A stretch of 63,856 bases of DNA, filler included, from an uncultured Methanosarcinales archaeon (GTDB lineage Archaea; Nanobdellota; Nanobdellia; Woesearchaeales; CAZKBD01), in NCBI GenBank assembly GCA_964550945.1. It is 4 parts of 4 records of this genome, joined end to end, with 100 filler letters (N's around TTAATTAATTAA, not from the genome) between each part and the next. Parts side by side here need not be neighbours in the genome. Positions count along the whole stretch, not along the records: positions 1 to 17,842 come from CAZKBD010000034.1; positions 17,943 to 35,666 come from CAZKBD010000035.1; 2 more parts are not named here. One strand, given 5' to 3'. Shown here piece after piece: positions 9,749-18,542 of the stretch; position 1 is the first letter of the stretch; the number at the start of each line of letters is the position of its first letter. The notes under the pieces were generated by a model. That model was not told the DNA's origin. It saw only the letters and a list, made by a program, of their open reading frames with translations, and did no database searches. Made by a program: the position numbers and the translations under genes.

Positions 9749-11455
9749 CTAAAAATATTTACCTGGCCCAGCCATACAGCCTCCAAAGGCATCTTTTAAA
9801 TTGCCCCCAGGAGATAGCATGGGCAGTATGTTTGATTCTTCCTCAACAGCAACATCAATAAGTGTTGTGCAGTCATTCTTCATCGCTTGCTTTATAGCTG
9901 GCATTAATTCTGATTTTTTCTCAACCCTTATTCCTTTTAATCCGTAGGCTTCAGCAACCTTAACAAAGTTTGGAGTCTTGCCTAAATAAACCTCTGAGTA
10001 TCTTTTGTCTGAAAACAACTCAAGCCATTGCCTGACCATTCCTAAATAGGAATTATTCATAATTAAGGCAATAACTTTGATATTATTCTCCTTTACAGTC
10101 CCTAGTTCCTGTATTGTCATCTGGAAACTTCCATCGCCATCTATCAAAAAAACATTAACATCTGGCTTAGCTATTTTTGCGCCTATTGCAGCAGGGAAAC
10201 CAAAACCCATTGTTCCTGCTCCACCAGAGCTGATAAATGTTCTTGGCTTGCTTCTTTTAATAAAATGCCCTGCAAACATCTGATGCTGGCCAACTCCAGT
10301 AACGACTATGTCCTCTGGCTTCAATATCTTGTTCAGTTCAAGCATAACTGTCTTTGGGTGCATTCTTTTGCCTTCCTTTATCTCAACACAACTATCACAA
10401 ATCTGTTTGCAGCGCTTCATCTCCTTTGTCCAGCTTGTCTTCTCTTTTATTGCTAATTTCTTTATTGCATCTATCAACTCCTGGATAACGTCTTTTGCGT
10501 TTCCAACTATAGGGATATCTACACCAACATTCTTCCCTATTTCAGCTGGATCAATATCAGCGTGGATAACTTTTGCATTTTCAGCGTATGTTTTGAGATT
10601 TCCAGTTATCCTGTCTGAAAATCTGCAGCCTATTGCAATCAATAGATCAGTATGCAAAGTAGCGTAATTAGCTATCTTTCTTCCGTGCATTCCAACTGTG
10701 CCTAAGCATAAAGGATGCATCTCATCAAATGCTCCTTTTGCCATAAATGTTGTTGTAACAGGGATTTTTGTCAGATTAACCAGTTCTGTTAATTCTTTAG
10801 ATGCATTTGAAAGTATTACTCCATGGCCTATCAAAAACAAAGGCCTTTCTGCATTAACGATAGCTTCTGCAGCCTTTTTGATTTGAAATTGATTTGGCTT
10901 TATTGTAGGCTGGAATCCTTCTATTTTAACTTCAGTAGGAAATGCTTCTGTAACCTCATTAGCCTGAACATCCTTTGGCAGATCTATGTAGATTGGTCCA
11001 GGCCTTCCTTCTGAAGCAAGCTTGTATGCTTTCATGAGCGTTGAAGCAATCTTATTCGGATCCCTAATCTGATAGTTATGCTTTGTAATTGGTATAGTGA
11101 TCCCCATCATATCAGTTTCCTGAAATGCATCATTGCCAATCAAACTGGTGACAACCTGGCCGCCAAGTGCTATAATAGGGACAGAGTCCATATATGCGTC
11201 AGCTATTCCAGTAACTAGATTGCAAGCTCCTGGTCCTGATGTTGCAATGCATACTCCAACTTTTCCTGATGCCCTGGCATAACCCTCTGCAGCATGCGCA
11301 GCTCCTTGTTCATGCCTAACTAATATGTTTTTTATCTTTCCTTTATAATCTAGGTAAGCGTCAAATAGAGGTATAACTGATCCACCCGGAAAACCAAAGG
11401 TAATATCAGTACCTTGTTTGATCAATGTTTCAATAATTGCATGCGCTCCGTTCAT
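9749..11455 (-). CDS. ilvB: Acetolactate synthase large subunit, biosynthetic type
   Basis: RHEQGAAHAAEGYAR, TSGPG, RFSDR, GQHQM and GDGSFQM TPP-binding motifs. Confidence 0.95.
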   Translation of the reverse strand: MNGAHAIIETLIKQGTDITFGFPGGSVIPLFDAYLDYKGKIKNILVRHEQGAAHAAEGYARASGKVGVCIATSGPGACNLVTGIADAYMDSVPIIALGGQVVTSLIGNDAFQETDMMGITIPITKHNYQIRDPNKIASTLMKAYKLASEGRPGPIYIDLPKDVQANEVTEAFPTEVKIEGFQPTIKPNQFQIKKAAEAIVNAERPLFLIGHGVILSNASKELTELVNLTKIPVTTTFMAKGAFDEMHPLCLGTVGMHGRKIANYATLHTDLLIAIGCRFSDRITGNLKTYAENAKVIHADIDPAEIGKNVGVDIPIVGNAKDVIQELIDAIKKLAIKEKTSWTKEMKRCKQICDSCVEIKEGKRMHPKTVMLELNKILKPEDIVVTGVGQHQMFAGHFIKRSKPRTFISSGGAGTMGFGFPAAIGAKIAKPDVNVFLIDGDGSFQMTIQELGTVKENNIKVIALIMNNSYLGMVRQWLELFSDKRYSEVYLGKTPNFVKVAEAYGLKGIRVEKKSELMPAIKQAMKNDCTTLIDVAVEEESNILPMLSPGGNLKDAFGGCMAGPGKYF

Positions 11456-11458
11456 TTT

Positions 11459-13006
11459 TTAGTCACCATTTCTTTTTTTGAATGTTAATGCCTTGTTCAA
11501 CCCTTTTACTAAAGCGATTGCACTAGCCATTATAACATCCTCATTTATACCTTCTGCACTAAAAATGTTTCCTTTTTTGTCACATACTTTGATGGTTACA
11601 TGGGCCAAAGCATCTGTACCTCCTGTAATTGCCTCGAGGTTGTATTCTCTCAATGTTACCGATGGGCCTATTATGTTCTGTACAGCCTGGCTAACAGCAT
11701 CAACTGGGCCAACACCATGGCCTTTTCCTATCTTTCTTTTTCCTTCTACTGTCAATGTAACTGTTGCCTCTGGCTTAATCTTATTTCCTGTTGTAATTTT
11801 TACTTCTTCCAATATTATTATCTGCTCTTCTTTTGACAAAGAGCCTATAACATCATTGGCTATCGCTATAATGTCTTCTTTCTGCACTTCTTTCTGTTTA
11901 TCAGCCAGCTCTTTAACCTTTTTGATTATTCCATCTACCTGTTCCTTGTTTAGCTCATAACCAAGCTCTTTTAATGTAGCCTCAACCGCATGTTTTCCAG
12001 AATGCTTGCCTATGACTAGATTATCTCCAATCCAGCCAACCTCTTCTGGGCTTATAATCTCATAGGTAAGCTTATCTGAGATTACACCATGCTGATGGAT
12101 GCCTGCTTCATGTGCAAATGCGTTCTGGCCCACTATTGCTTTGTTTCTTTGCACTGTAAGGCCTGTTAAGTTTGAGACCAGCTTGCTCGTCCGGTGTATC
12201 TCTTTTGTGTTTATCTCTGTGTAAACTCCATTGAAAAAATCATTTCTTGTCTTTATATTCATGACTACTTCTTCCAAGCTGCAGTTGCCTGCCCTTTCTC
12301 CAATGCCATTTATTGTGCATTCTACCTGAGTTGCTCCGTATTTTACAGCCTCTAATGAGTTTGCAACCGCTAATCCTAAATCATTATGGCAATGTACGCT
12401 TATAACCACGTTATTCTTCTCTATGATCTTCCCTAATCTTTGAAAAACAGTTTTTATCCTTTTGCCAAACTCTTCTGGCTCCGCATACCCTACAGTATCC
12501 GGGATATTGATTGTAGTTGCACCTGCCTCAATCACAGCTTTTATTATATCACACATATAATCTACATCTGTTCGTGCAGAATCTTCTGGGCTAAACTCTA
12601 CGTCTTTGCACAATGATCTTGCATGCTTGACTGCTTCAATTGCCATCTGCATTACTTCTTCCTTTGTCTTCCTTAACTTTTTTTCTCTATGGATTTGTGA
12701 AGTAGCAATAAATGTATGGATTCTTGGCTTTTCAGCATATTTTACAGCTTCCCATGCCTTGTCAATATCTTCCTTCATGGTTCTAGCTAGGCCGCAGATT
12801 ATCGGGCCTTTTACTTTCTGGGCTATCAATCTGACTGCTTCAAAGTCTCCATCGCTAGATACAGGAAAGCCTGCTTCAATTACATCTACATTCAGCTTAG
12901 CAAGCTGTTTAGCTATGATTAATTTTTCCTGGATAGTCAATGAAGCTCCAGGGCTTTGCTCACCATCTCGCAAAGTAGTGTCAAATATCATGATCTTTTT
13001 AGTCAT
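11459..13006 (-). CDS. leuA: 2-isopropylmalate synthase
   Basis: DTTLRDGEQSPG, HCHNDLGLA and GIGERAGN motifs plus C-terminal regulatory domain. Start placed at 13006 (purine-rich SD, ATGA overlap with the upstream microprotein). Confidence 0.92.
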   Translation of the reverse strand: MTKKIMIFDTTLRDGEQSPGASLTIQEKLIIAKQLAKLNVDVIEAGFPVSSDGDFEAVRLIAQKVKGPIICGLARTMKEDIDKAWEAVKYAEKPRIHTFIATSQIHREKKLRKTKEEVMQMAIEAVKHARSLCKDVEFSPEDSARTDVDYMCDIIKAVIEAGATTINIPDTVGYAEPEEFGKRIKTVFQRLGKIIEKNNVVISVHCHNDLGLAVANSLEAVKYGATQVECTINGIGERAGNCSLEEVVMNIKTRNDFFNGVYTEINTKEIHRTSKLVSNLTGLTVQRNKAIVGQNAFAHEAGIHQHGVISDKLTYEIISPEEVGWIGDNLVIGKHSGKHAVEATLKELGYELNKEQVDGIIKKVKELADKQKEVQKEDIIAIANDVIGSLSKEEQIIILEEVKITTGNKIKPEATVTLTVEGKRKIGKGHGVGPVDAVSQAVQNIIGPSVTLREYNLEAITGGTDALAHVTIKVCDKKGNIFSAEGINEDVIMASAIALVKGLNKALTFKKRNGD

Positions 13007-13164
13007 TCTTCCTCTTCCTCCCTTTTGTTTGATCTCCATCTCATACAGCTATAGCTATCTAAATCCAGATTGTCCATTAACAAAACATCTGGGCAGTTGG
13101 TTGTGCCAAGATATGCACAAATTCTGCAATTCCCTTTGTTTGTGATTTGCTCTTCAGTTATCAT
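13003..13164 (-). CDS. 53-aa Cys4 microprotein translationally coupled to leuA
   Basis: MITEEQITNKGNCRICAYLGTTNCPDVLLMDNLDLDSYSCMRWRSNKREEEEE*; its TGA overlaps the leuA ATG; GGAGG at 13183-13187 (long spacing). Confidence 0.5.
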   Translation of the reverse strand: MITEEQITNKGNCRICAYLGTTNCPDVLLMDNLDLDSYSCMRWRSNKREEEEE

Positions 13165-13192
13165 TTTAATTAGTTTTAGAAACCTCCAATGA

Positions 13193-13219
13193 ACCTAGCT
13201 CCTGAAAAAAGAACTAGGT
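13193..13219 (-). promoter_or_regulatory. 11-bp RNA hairpin enclosing a U-tract, 2 nt after the leader-peptide stop (candidate attenuator)
   Basis: Minus-strand RNA ACCUAGUUCUU-UUUUC-AGGAGCUAGGU; two of the pairs are G-U and form only on this strand. Confidence 0.6.
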
Positions 13220-13221
13220 AA

Positions 13222-13293
13222 TCATAACACCAGTAACAACAGAGAACTAACTAGCAAAATCTTGCTTTGCTTAAAACAATTTATTTCTGGCAT
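13222..13293 (-). CDS. Putative leu/ilv operon leader peptide (23 aa)
   Basis: MPEINCFKQSKILLVSSLLLLVL*; 10 of the last 12 codons are Ile/Leu/Val; a TATA box lies about 25-32 nt upstream. Confidence 0.65.
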   Translation of the reverse strand: MPEINCFKQSKILLVSSLLLLVL

Positions 13294-13313
13294 AATACTC
13301 TAGAAGTTAAGAC

Positions 13314-13325
13314 TATATATTTAAA
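13314..13325 (-). promoter_or_regulatory. TATA box of the leu/ilv operon
   Basis: TTTAAATATATA on the minus strand, spaced to start transcription at or near the leader ATG. Confidence 0.6.
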
Positions 13326-13432
13326 TATTGCGGTTTTTTTTGCTATAAAACGGTTTAGAAAGCAGAGTTATAATGCACACCAAAATATTTATATAACAGT
13401 TATGCGGTTATTGAAATTAAAAGAGGTGGATC

Positions 13433-13870
13433 ATGGTTATATTGAGAGAGTCTGACAAGCATTTTATCCTGTCTTTGTTTGCAGCGACTGGAATCATTAT
13501 GTTCTGGAGAGGGCTATGGGAAATCATGGCAGATGTGCCTATTCTTGAAGATCCATTAGTTGATCTTGTCGCAGGGCTAACATTGCTTGCATTTTCAGGC
13601 ATATTATTCAAAGAGTTTGATCCCACTGGCGGAATAGAAAACTCTTCAATAAACATGATCCATACGGTTAATCACCACCCTAAACGGCATGAATTTACAA
13701 TTAAGTATTACGATAAAGCAAAAAAGCAGGAAATAGAGATATCTGCAAAACACATAAAATCAATTGAAAAAAATAATCTCCTGGTGCACAGCAAAGGAAA
13801 AGAGCAGTTTATCCCAATCCACAGGATAAGGTCTATCCACAGGAAAGGGGTAGTTGTCTGGAGAGCTTAA
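13433..13870 (+). CDS. Two-TM membrane protein fused to a DUF504/MJ1316-like domain
   Basis: Two N-terminal hydrophobic helices; C-terminal FIPIHRIRSIHRKGVVVWR resembles the IPxHRI...W signature. Confidence 0.6.
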   Translation: MVILRESDKHFILSLFAATGIIMFWRGLWEIMADVPILEDPLVDLVAGLTLLAFSGILFKEFDPTGGIENSSINMIHTVNHHPKRHEFTIKYYDKAKKQEIEISAKHIKSIEKNNLLVHSKGKEQFIPIHRIRSIHRKGVVVWRA

Positions 13871-13927
13871 GATCGGTTTATTATTTCTTTAATAACACAA
13901 TTTAAAAATAAATAAAAAAAAGAAGAG

Positions 13928-15814
13928 TTAGGCTGCTTTTGCCTTTTCTTCAAGTGAATACTTTGTGTCATATTCACCCCAGATCTGCACTTTCATTCCT
14001 AACTCTTTTGCCATCTGTGCCTTAGCAAACATCAGCTTGTTTGCCATCTCTGCGCTGCTTGCATATAATATCGTTTCGTGGTTAGATGGATGCAATAGCA
14101 TCTGGTCTCTGTTTACACCATACCTCACCAAGTGCTTGATTGGCCACTGAGGTGTTGTCTTATCTAATCTGTCTTGTGTTTCTTCTTCTGGAAGCTCAAC
14201 TACTCCTCCTCTCATTAAATTCATGCACATATTGCCATCTGCATCTTGATAAACTCTGCTAATAACAACTTCTCCAGATTTGCCTTCTCCTGCTAATGTT
14301 GATCCTCCTAATGGGAAATACATTGGTGGTTGTCTCATGCCTTTTGCTCCCGAATACCCTCCTTTAAGATGATTTGCTGGTGCAGATCCTGATAGTAAAT
14401 CAACCCACACTTCTTCATTATCTAGCTGGATTTCCTTTCCTTGATAAGTTGCTTTACCGCTATACTTTCTTGACCACCTAACATCTTCCTGATTAGCGGT
14501 TGCATCCTCTCCAAATGCCTTCCAGATTCGTTTTGATAATATTAAATCAACACCGCATCCTTGATCAACTTCATTAAAGCAAGGTATTGCTTCTCCTTTC
14601 CTGATTACTCTGCCTTCTTCATCAAGCACGTCTGGCCTTTCAGCATTATTTAACAATCCTTCAACCAGGTCAGATGCTGCGCAGCAATCTTTCAACCCTT
14701 GCTGGTATTGTATTCCGATTACATCCAGGTCAAACTTATCTGCTATTCTTACAGCAGCAATATACATCTTGCCTTGCTCTATAAGCTGCCTTTTTGTAAG
14801 CTTGGTTTTTTCTGCCTCTAATCTCTCAGTTCTTAGCGTCATATCCACGTCTACATAATCAAACTGCATTCCCTTGTCAATACACCACTGTATCACTCCC
14901 CACGCCTCATTATCGGAGATTGAATTTTTATATCCTAAAAGGGATGCTTTAATCCCATCTGGATCTGCAATAAGTCCCATCTTAGCTACTAAGTCAGACT
15001 GGCTGAGGAACTCATGCCCAATACCCATTGGGCTTAATTTTTCAGGAGAGAAGAAGGCATTATCCATTCCCATGCAATAAAAGTCAAGGCCGCCCATAAT
15101 TGCCCTTTCATGCTTGAGCTTTCTTGCCATCCTGCCGCCAACTTCCATTGAAAATCCATAATCAGATACTAAGCTTGAAACCATTCCATCATCATAATAC
15201 TTAATATGGCTTGCATCTAACTTAATCTTTCCTGCAGTCAGCCAACTTTCCATCCTGCCTCTAAACTCCCTGCTGTCAAAATTCTCGCTCCAGGTTGTTG
15301 AGAAATCTTCTCCAAGCTTTAGCCCTCTTTTGACTAGGGAAGCATTGTCATTTGACATGCCAACTAATCCAGGCCATGTTCCTGAATAATTAGCAAGAGT
15401 AAGAAGCTGAGCACCATTTTCCCTTACTTGTTCAGCTAAAGCCCCTACAACATGATGGCTGTACTGCCAGACTGATTCAGCAAGTATAACCTTAGCATTT
15501 TTTGGGAGTTTTCTAAGAACATCATTTCCCATTGCCTGGCTGTTGATAAATCCATGCCCTAACTCTGGATCAAAGCCATGCAATCTCTCTACTCTGTATT
15601 TCTTTCCAGGAGCATATTCAATGGATTGTATTACAGCTGTCAATTCAGCTTCCATCTTTGCTTGTTCTGGCCAGCATGTCTTGTTTGCGCTATCCCTTAA
15701 ATCCCCATTAGCAAGAGTATAGATAACTCCTTCTTCAGCCTCTCCTGGCTGTTCAAAAATCGCATCTACCATTATTTGATCTAAACTTTTACCAACTGCT
15801 GCTTCCATCTTCAC
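13928..15814 (-). CDS. L-fucose/arabinose isomerase family protein
   Basis: ANGDLR.SAN..CWP.Q, WQYSHH, ANYSGTWPGLVG, IGIQYQQGLKD and FNEVD motifs; follows the ribulokinase. Confidence 0.75.
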   Translation of the reverse strand: MKMEAAVGKSLDQIMVDAIFEQPGEAEEGVIYTLANGDLRDSANKTCWPEQAKMEAELTAVIQSIEYAPGKKYRVERLHGFDPELGHGFINSQAMGNDVLRKLPKNAKVILAESVWQYSHHVVGALAEQVRENGAQLLTLANYSGTWPGLVGMSNDNASLVKRGLKLGEDFSTTWSENFDSREFRGRMESWLTAGKIKLDASHIKYYDDGMVSSLVSDYGFSMEVGGRMARKLKHERAIMGGLDFYCMGMDNAFFSPEKLSPMGIGHEFLSQSDLVAKMGLIADPDGIKASLLGYKNSISDNEAWGVIQWCIDKGMQFDYVDVDMTLRTERLEAEKTKLTKRQLIEQGKMYIAAVRIADKFDLDVIGIQYQQGLKDCCAASDLVEGLLNNAERPDVLDEEGRVIRKGEAIPCFNEVDQGCGVDLILSKRIWKAFGEDATANQEDVRWSRKYSGKATYQGKEIQLDNEEVWVDLLSGSAPANHLKGGYSGAKGMRQPPMYFPLGGSTLAGEGKSGEVVISRVYQDADGNMCMNLMRGGVVELPEEETQDRLDKTTPQWPIKHLVRYGVNRDQMLLHPSNHETILYASSAEMANKLMFAKAQMAKELGMKVQIWGEYDTKYSLEEKAKAA

Positions 15815-15878
15815 TCATCCTCCGAGTTTATTTTGTTTTATTATTTGTTTTAAGTTTATTTTAAATTGAAAATATTAT

Positions 15879-17588
15879 CTATACAGATTCTTTCAGTGCT
15901 CTTAACTGGTGCATTGCGTCATTGTAGTTTGGGTCACCTTTCCTTCCAAATTGGTCATGCAGGCTGCGATAAACATCTTTTAATCCGCTCCATGCCCTAT
16001 GAGTAGCAGTATCTGCTTCAGCAGGTCTGTAAGACACATCTTTTAATCCGCCCATCGCAATCTGTGCATCTTGTATTGACTTATAACGTCCTGCAGCGAC
16101 AGCTGCCAGCATAGCGGCTCCAACAGCAACTGTTTCATCAGCCTCAGACACATAAACTGGTTTTCCTGTTGTATTTGCAATCATATCCAACAATAATTCA
16201 TTCTTTGATCCACTAGCACATGCTGTTATACCTTCTATTATAACTCCATTTTGTTCCATTTGATGTGTAATCACTTCCATTCCCATTGCAAGGCTGGAAA
16301 GCCAAGAGTGGTACATTTGAGGAGCAGTTGTATCAGTTGTTACACCTAGCATAAGGCCTGACAGTTTAGCATCATTTAAAATAGACCTATTTCCTGTTAG
16401 CCAATCCAAAGCAACGAGGCCTGTTTGCCCAATTTTATACTGATGAACTAGTTCTGTTAAATATTGCTGGACATCTTCTCCAGCAGCTGCTGTATAATTA
16501 GTGCCCACACACTCTTTCACAAACCAGTCAAGGACAGAACCTCCAGATGCTTGTCCTGCTTCAAAGCCAAAATATCCAGGAAGAATCCCATTATCGATAA
16601 TGCCAAATAAACCTGGAACTTCATGAAATTTATCAACTGCCATATGGCACCATGAAGTGCCTAGATTACTTACAAGCATTCCTTCTTTAACGCCGCCGCC
16701 AATTGCTCCAACATGTGCATCAATTCCTGGAATAGATACTGCAATGCCTTCATTCAATCCAAGCTCCTCAGCATATTGTTTTGAAAGCCCTCCTGCTCTA
16801 GCACCCATTGGTTGGATGTTGGTGCTTAGCTTATCAGTTACTAGACTGTCTAATTGAACCGCTAGTTTTAATTTTCTTCCAACTTCTCCTAAAAATTCTT
16901 GGCTTGGATAGCTACCTTGAGTAAACATGCCTTTGTAACCAGCAAAACAAGCGCTTCTAACCTCAGTCGATCCTCCAATTAATTGCTGTGTAATCCAGTC
17001 ACCAGCCTCAATAAATCTAGCAGCTTCTCTGTAAACTTCTGGGGCTAGCCTTGCAGTTTCAGCAATTTTGCATAATAGGAATTGAACATTAATTTCACCA
17101 CCATAATACTTTAGCCAATTAACCCCTATTTCATGAGCAACATCATCAATAGCTGCTCTCTCAGTTTCAGCTGCATTGTGGCACCATTTTTTTGCAAATC
17201 TATATGGATTATTTCCATCTATCCTTGATAATGGAACTCCGGCAGCATCAGTTGGCATTACAGTACAGGCAGTAAAATCAACTGCAATTCCCTTAACATA
17301 TTCTTTAGTTATTCCTTTTCCACCTGCTATGCCCATAACCCCTTTGACAGCTTCTTTAAGAACTGCTGGGTAATCATCTGGGTCTTGAAAAACGCTATTA
17401 ATAGGAAAACTACTTCCCCATCTTTTTAGTGATGGGTGTTGGTCTGGAGCCTTAATAAGGCCTTCAATTCCGTGTTCATATGGAACTCTTACCTGAGCAA
17501 CTATTTCACCTTCATCAGAAACAAGAACTGCTCTTCCACTATTTGTACCAAAATCTAATCCAATAAAATAGTCAACCATCTTCACCAA
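15879..17588 (-). CDS. araB: Ribulokinase (FGGY carbohydrate kinase)
   Basis: IGLDFGTNSGRAVLV, DFTACTVMP, IDAHVG, GTSWCHM, EAGQ and ALDWLTGNRS motifs. Confidence 0.85.
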   Translation of the reverse strand: MVKMVDYFIGLDFGTNSGRAVLVSDEGEIVAQVRVPYEHGIEGLIKAPDQHPSLKRWGSSFPINSVFQDPDDYPAVLKEAVKGVMGIAGGKGITKEYVKGIAVDFTACTVMPTDAAGVPLSRIDGNNPYRFAKKWCHNAAETERAAIDDVAHEIGVNWLKYYGGEINVQFLLCKIAETARLAPEVYREAARFIEAGDWITQQLIGGSTEVRSACFAGYKGMFTQGSYPSQEFLGEVGRKLKLAVQLDSLVTDKLSTNIQPMGARAGGLSKQYAEELGLNEGIAVSIPGIDAHVGAIGGGVKEGMLVSNLGTSWCHMAVDKFHEVPGLFGIIDNGILPGYFGFEAGQASGGSVLDWFVKECVGTNYTAAAGEDVQQYLTELVHQYKIGQTGLVALDWLTGNRSILNDAKLSGLMLGVTTDTTAPQMYHSWLSSLAMGMEVITHQMEQNGVIIEGITACASGSKNELLLDMIANTTGKPVYVSEADETVAVGAAMLAAVAAGRYKSIQDAQIAMGGLKDVSYRPAEADTATHRAWSGLKDVYRSLHDQFGRKGDPNYNDAMHQLRALKESV

Positions 17589-17796
17589 ACCTCCACAACT
17601 CTATTTTTCACTCTAGAATATTCTATAGAAGAATTTACTCTTTTGTTTAATAGTGGATTTATCGTTTTAATCCCCCGAACAATTATCCAAGCAGAGAAAG
17701 CAGCCCATTTATATACTTTTTGTAAATGTTACGTCGAGAAAACGTCCCAAAATGGTGACGACGATTCTACAAATATATACAAATTATCCAAAAAAT

Positions 17797-17842
17797 AACA
17801 ATAATGGCTTCGGACGGCTTCGCCTGCTCGCCACTCCGTGAC
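17797..17842. repeat. Truncated copy of the structured repeat at 36571-36685, at the contig end
   Basis: Shares aacaataatggc, gacgg and cctgctcg.cactccg with the 36.6-kb element. Confidence 0.65.
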
Positions 17843-17942
17843 NNNNNNNNNNNNNNNNNNNNNNNNNNNNNNNNNNNNNNNNNNNNTTAATTAATTAANN
17901 NNNNNNNNNNNNNNNNNNNNNNNNNNNNNNNNNNNNNNNNNN
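17843..17942. other. Assembly linker/gap
   Basis: N44-TTAATTAATTAA-N44. Confidence 0.98.
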
Positions 17943-18190
17943 TGATGGTCAAAGTAATAAACGTCTACTATTTTCTTATTGTGATCAATCTTAAATATCA
18001 GAACAAAATGCTTGTCTATATGGGCCCTATTAAAGGTCTGTAATGGAGTTCTAAGAAATTTATACTCGTGCTGTGGATTCAGCATAATCTCTTCTATCTT
18101 TTTATGGATTGCCAGCAGCTGAGCAGGATTTTTCCTGGAGAGCTTCTTAAAGATTTTATCAGCTTCTGGTTTTATATCCAGATCATACAT
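17943..18190 (-). CDS. RelE/YafQ-superfamily toxin (C-terminus cut by the gap)
   Basis: K.FKKL...I.KKIEEI..NP...K.LR..L...RAHI..HFVLIF.ID...V....DH pattern; downstream of the antitoxin. Confidence 0.85.
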
Positions 18191-18419
18191 TTAGACCATA
18201 CCTTTTAGCGAAATCTTTTACTCTAATGCTCTTTTGTTTTTCTACCTCTTTTATCTTCTCTACAAACTCAGGCCTTAATTCAGGCTCATCCTCAGCTTCA
18301 ATGTATTTACTGACGACTAGATTTATAGCCTCCCCTTTATCATTAAGGCCATACTTAGCCTTGACAACATTCAACACCCTGTTTGTGTTATCATCAATTT
18401 GTACCAGTGCTTGCACCAT
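18183..18419 (-). CDS. DUF2683-family antitoxin
   Basis: MVQALV.IDD.TNRVLNVVKAKYGL.DK.EAI...EPELRPEFVEK pattern; overlaps the toxin start. Confidence 0.8.
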   Translation of the reverse strand: MVQALVQIDDNTNRVLNVVKAKYGLNDKGEAINLVVSKYIEAEDEPELRPEFVEKIKEVEKQKSIRVKDFAKRYGLNV

Positions 18420-18542
18420 CTTATATCACCTTATTCCAACTAAGTCGGACTTATTTATAAAACTTTCGATAAACAGAGAGACAAAAACATTTAAATATTA
18501 ACAAAAACCTAAATCAGTTCAACAGAGAACATAATAGATAAA

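Noticed and set aside
13193..13219. Classical bacterial rho-independent terminator
   Set aside because: The U-tract is inside the hairpin rather than after it; kept as a candidate archaeal-type attenuator element instead.
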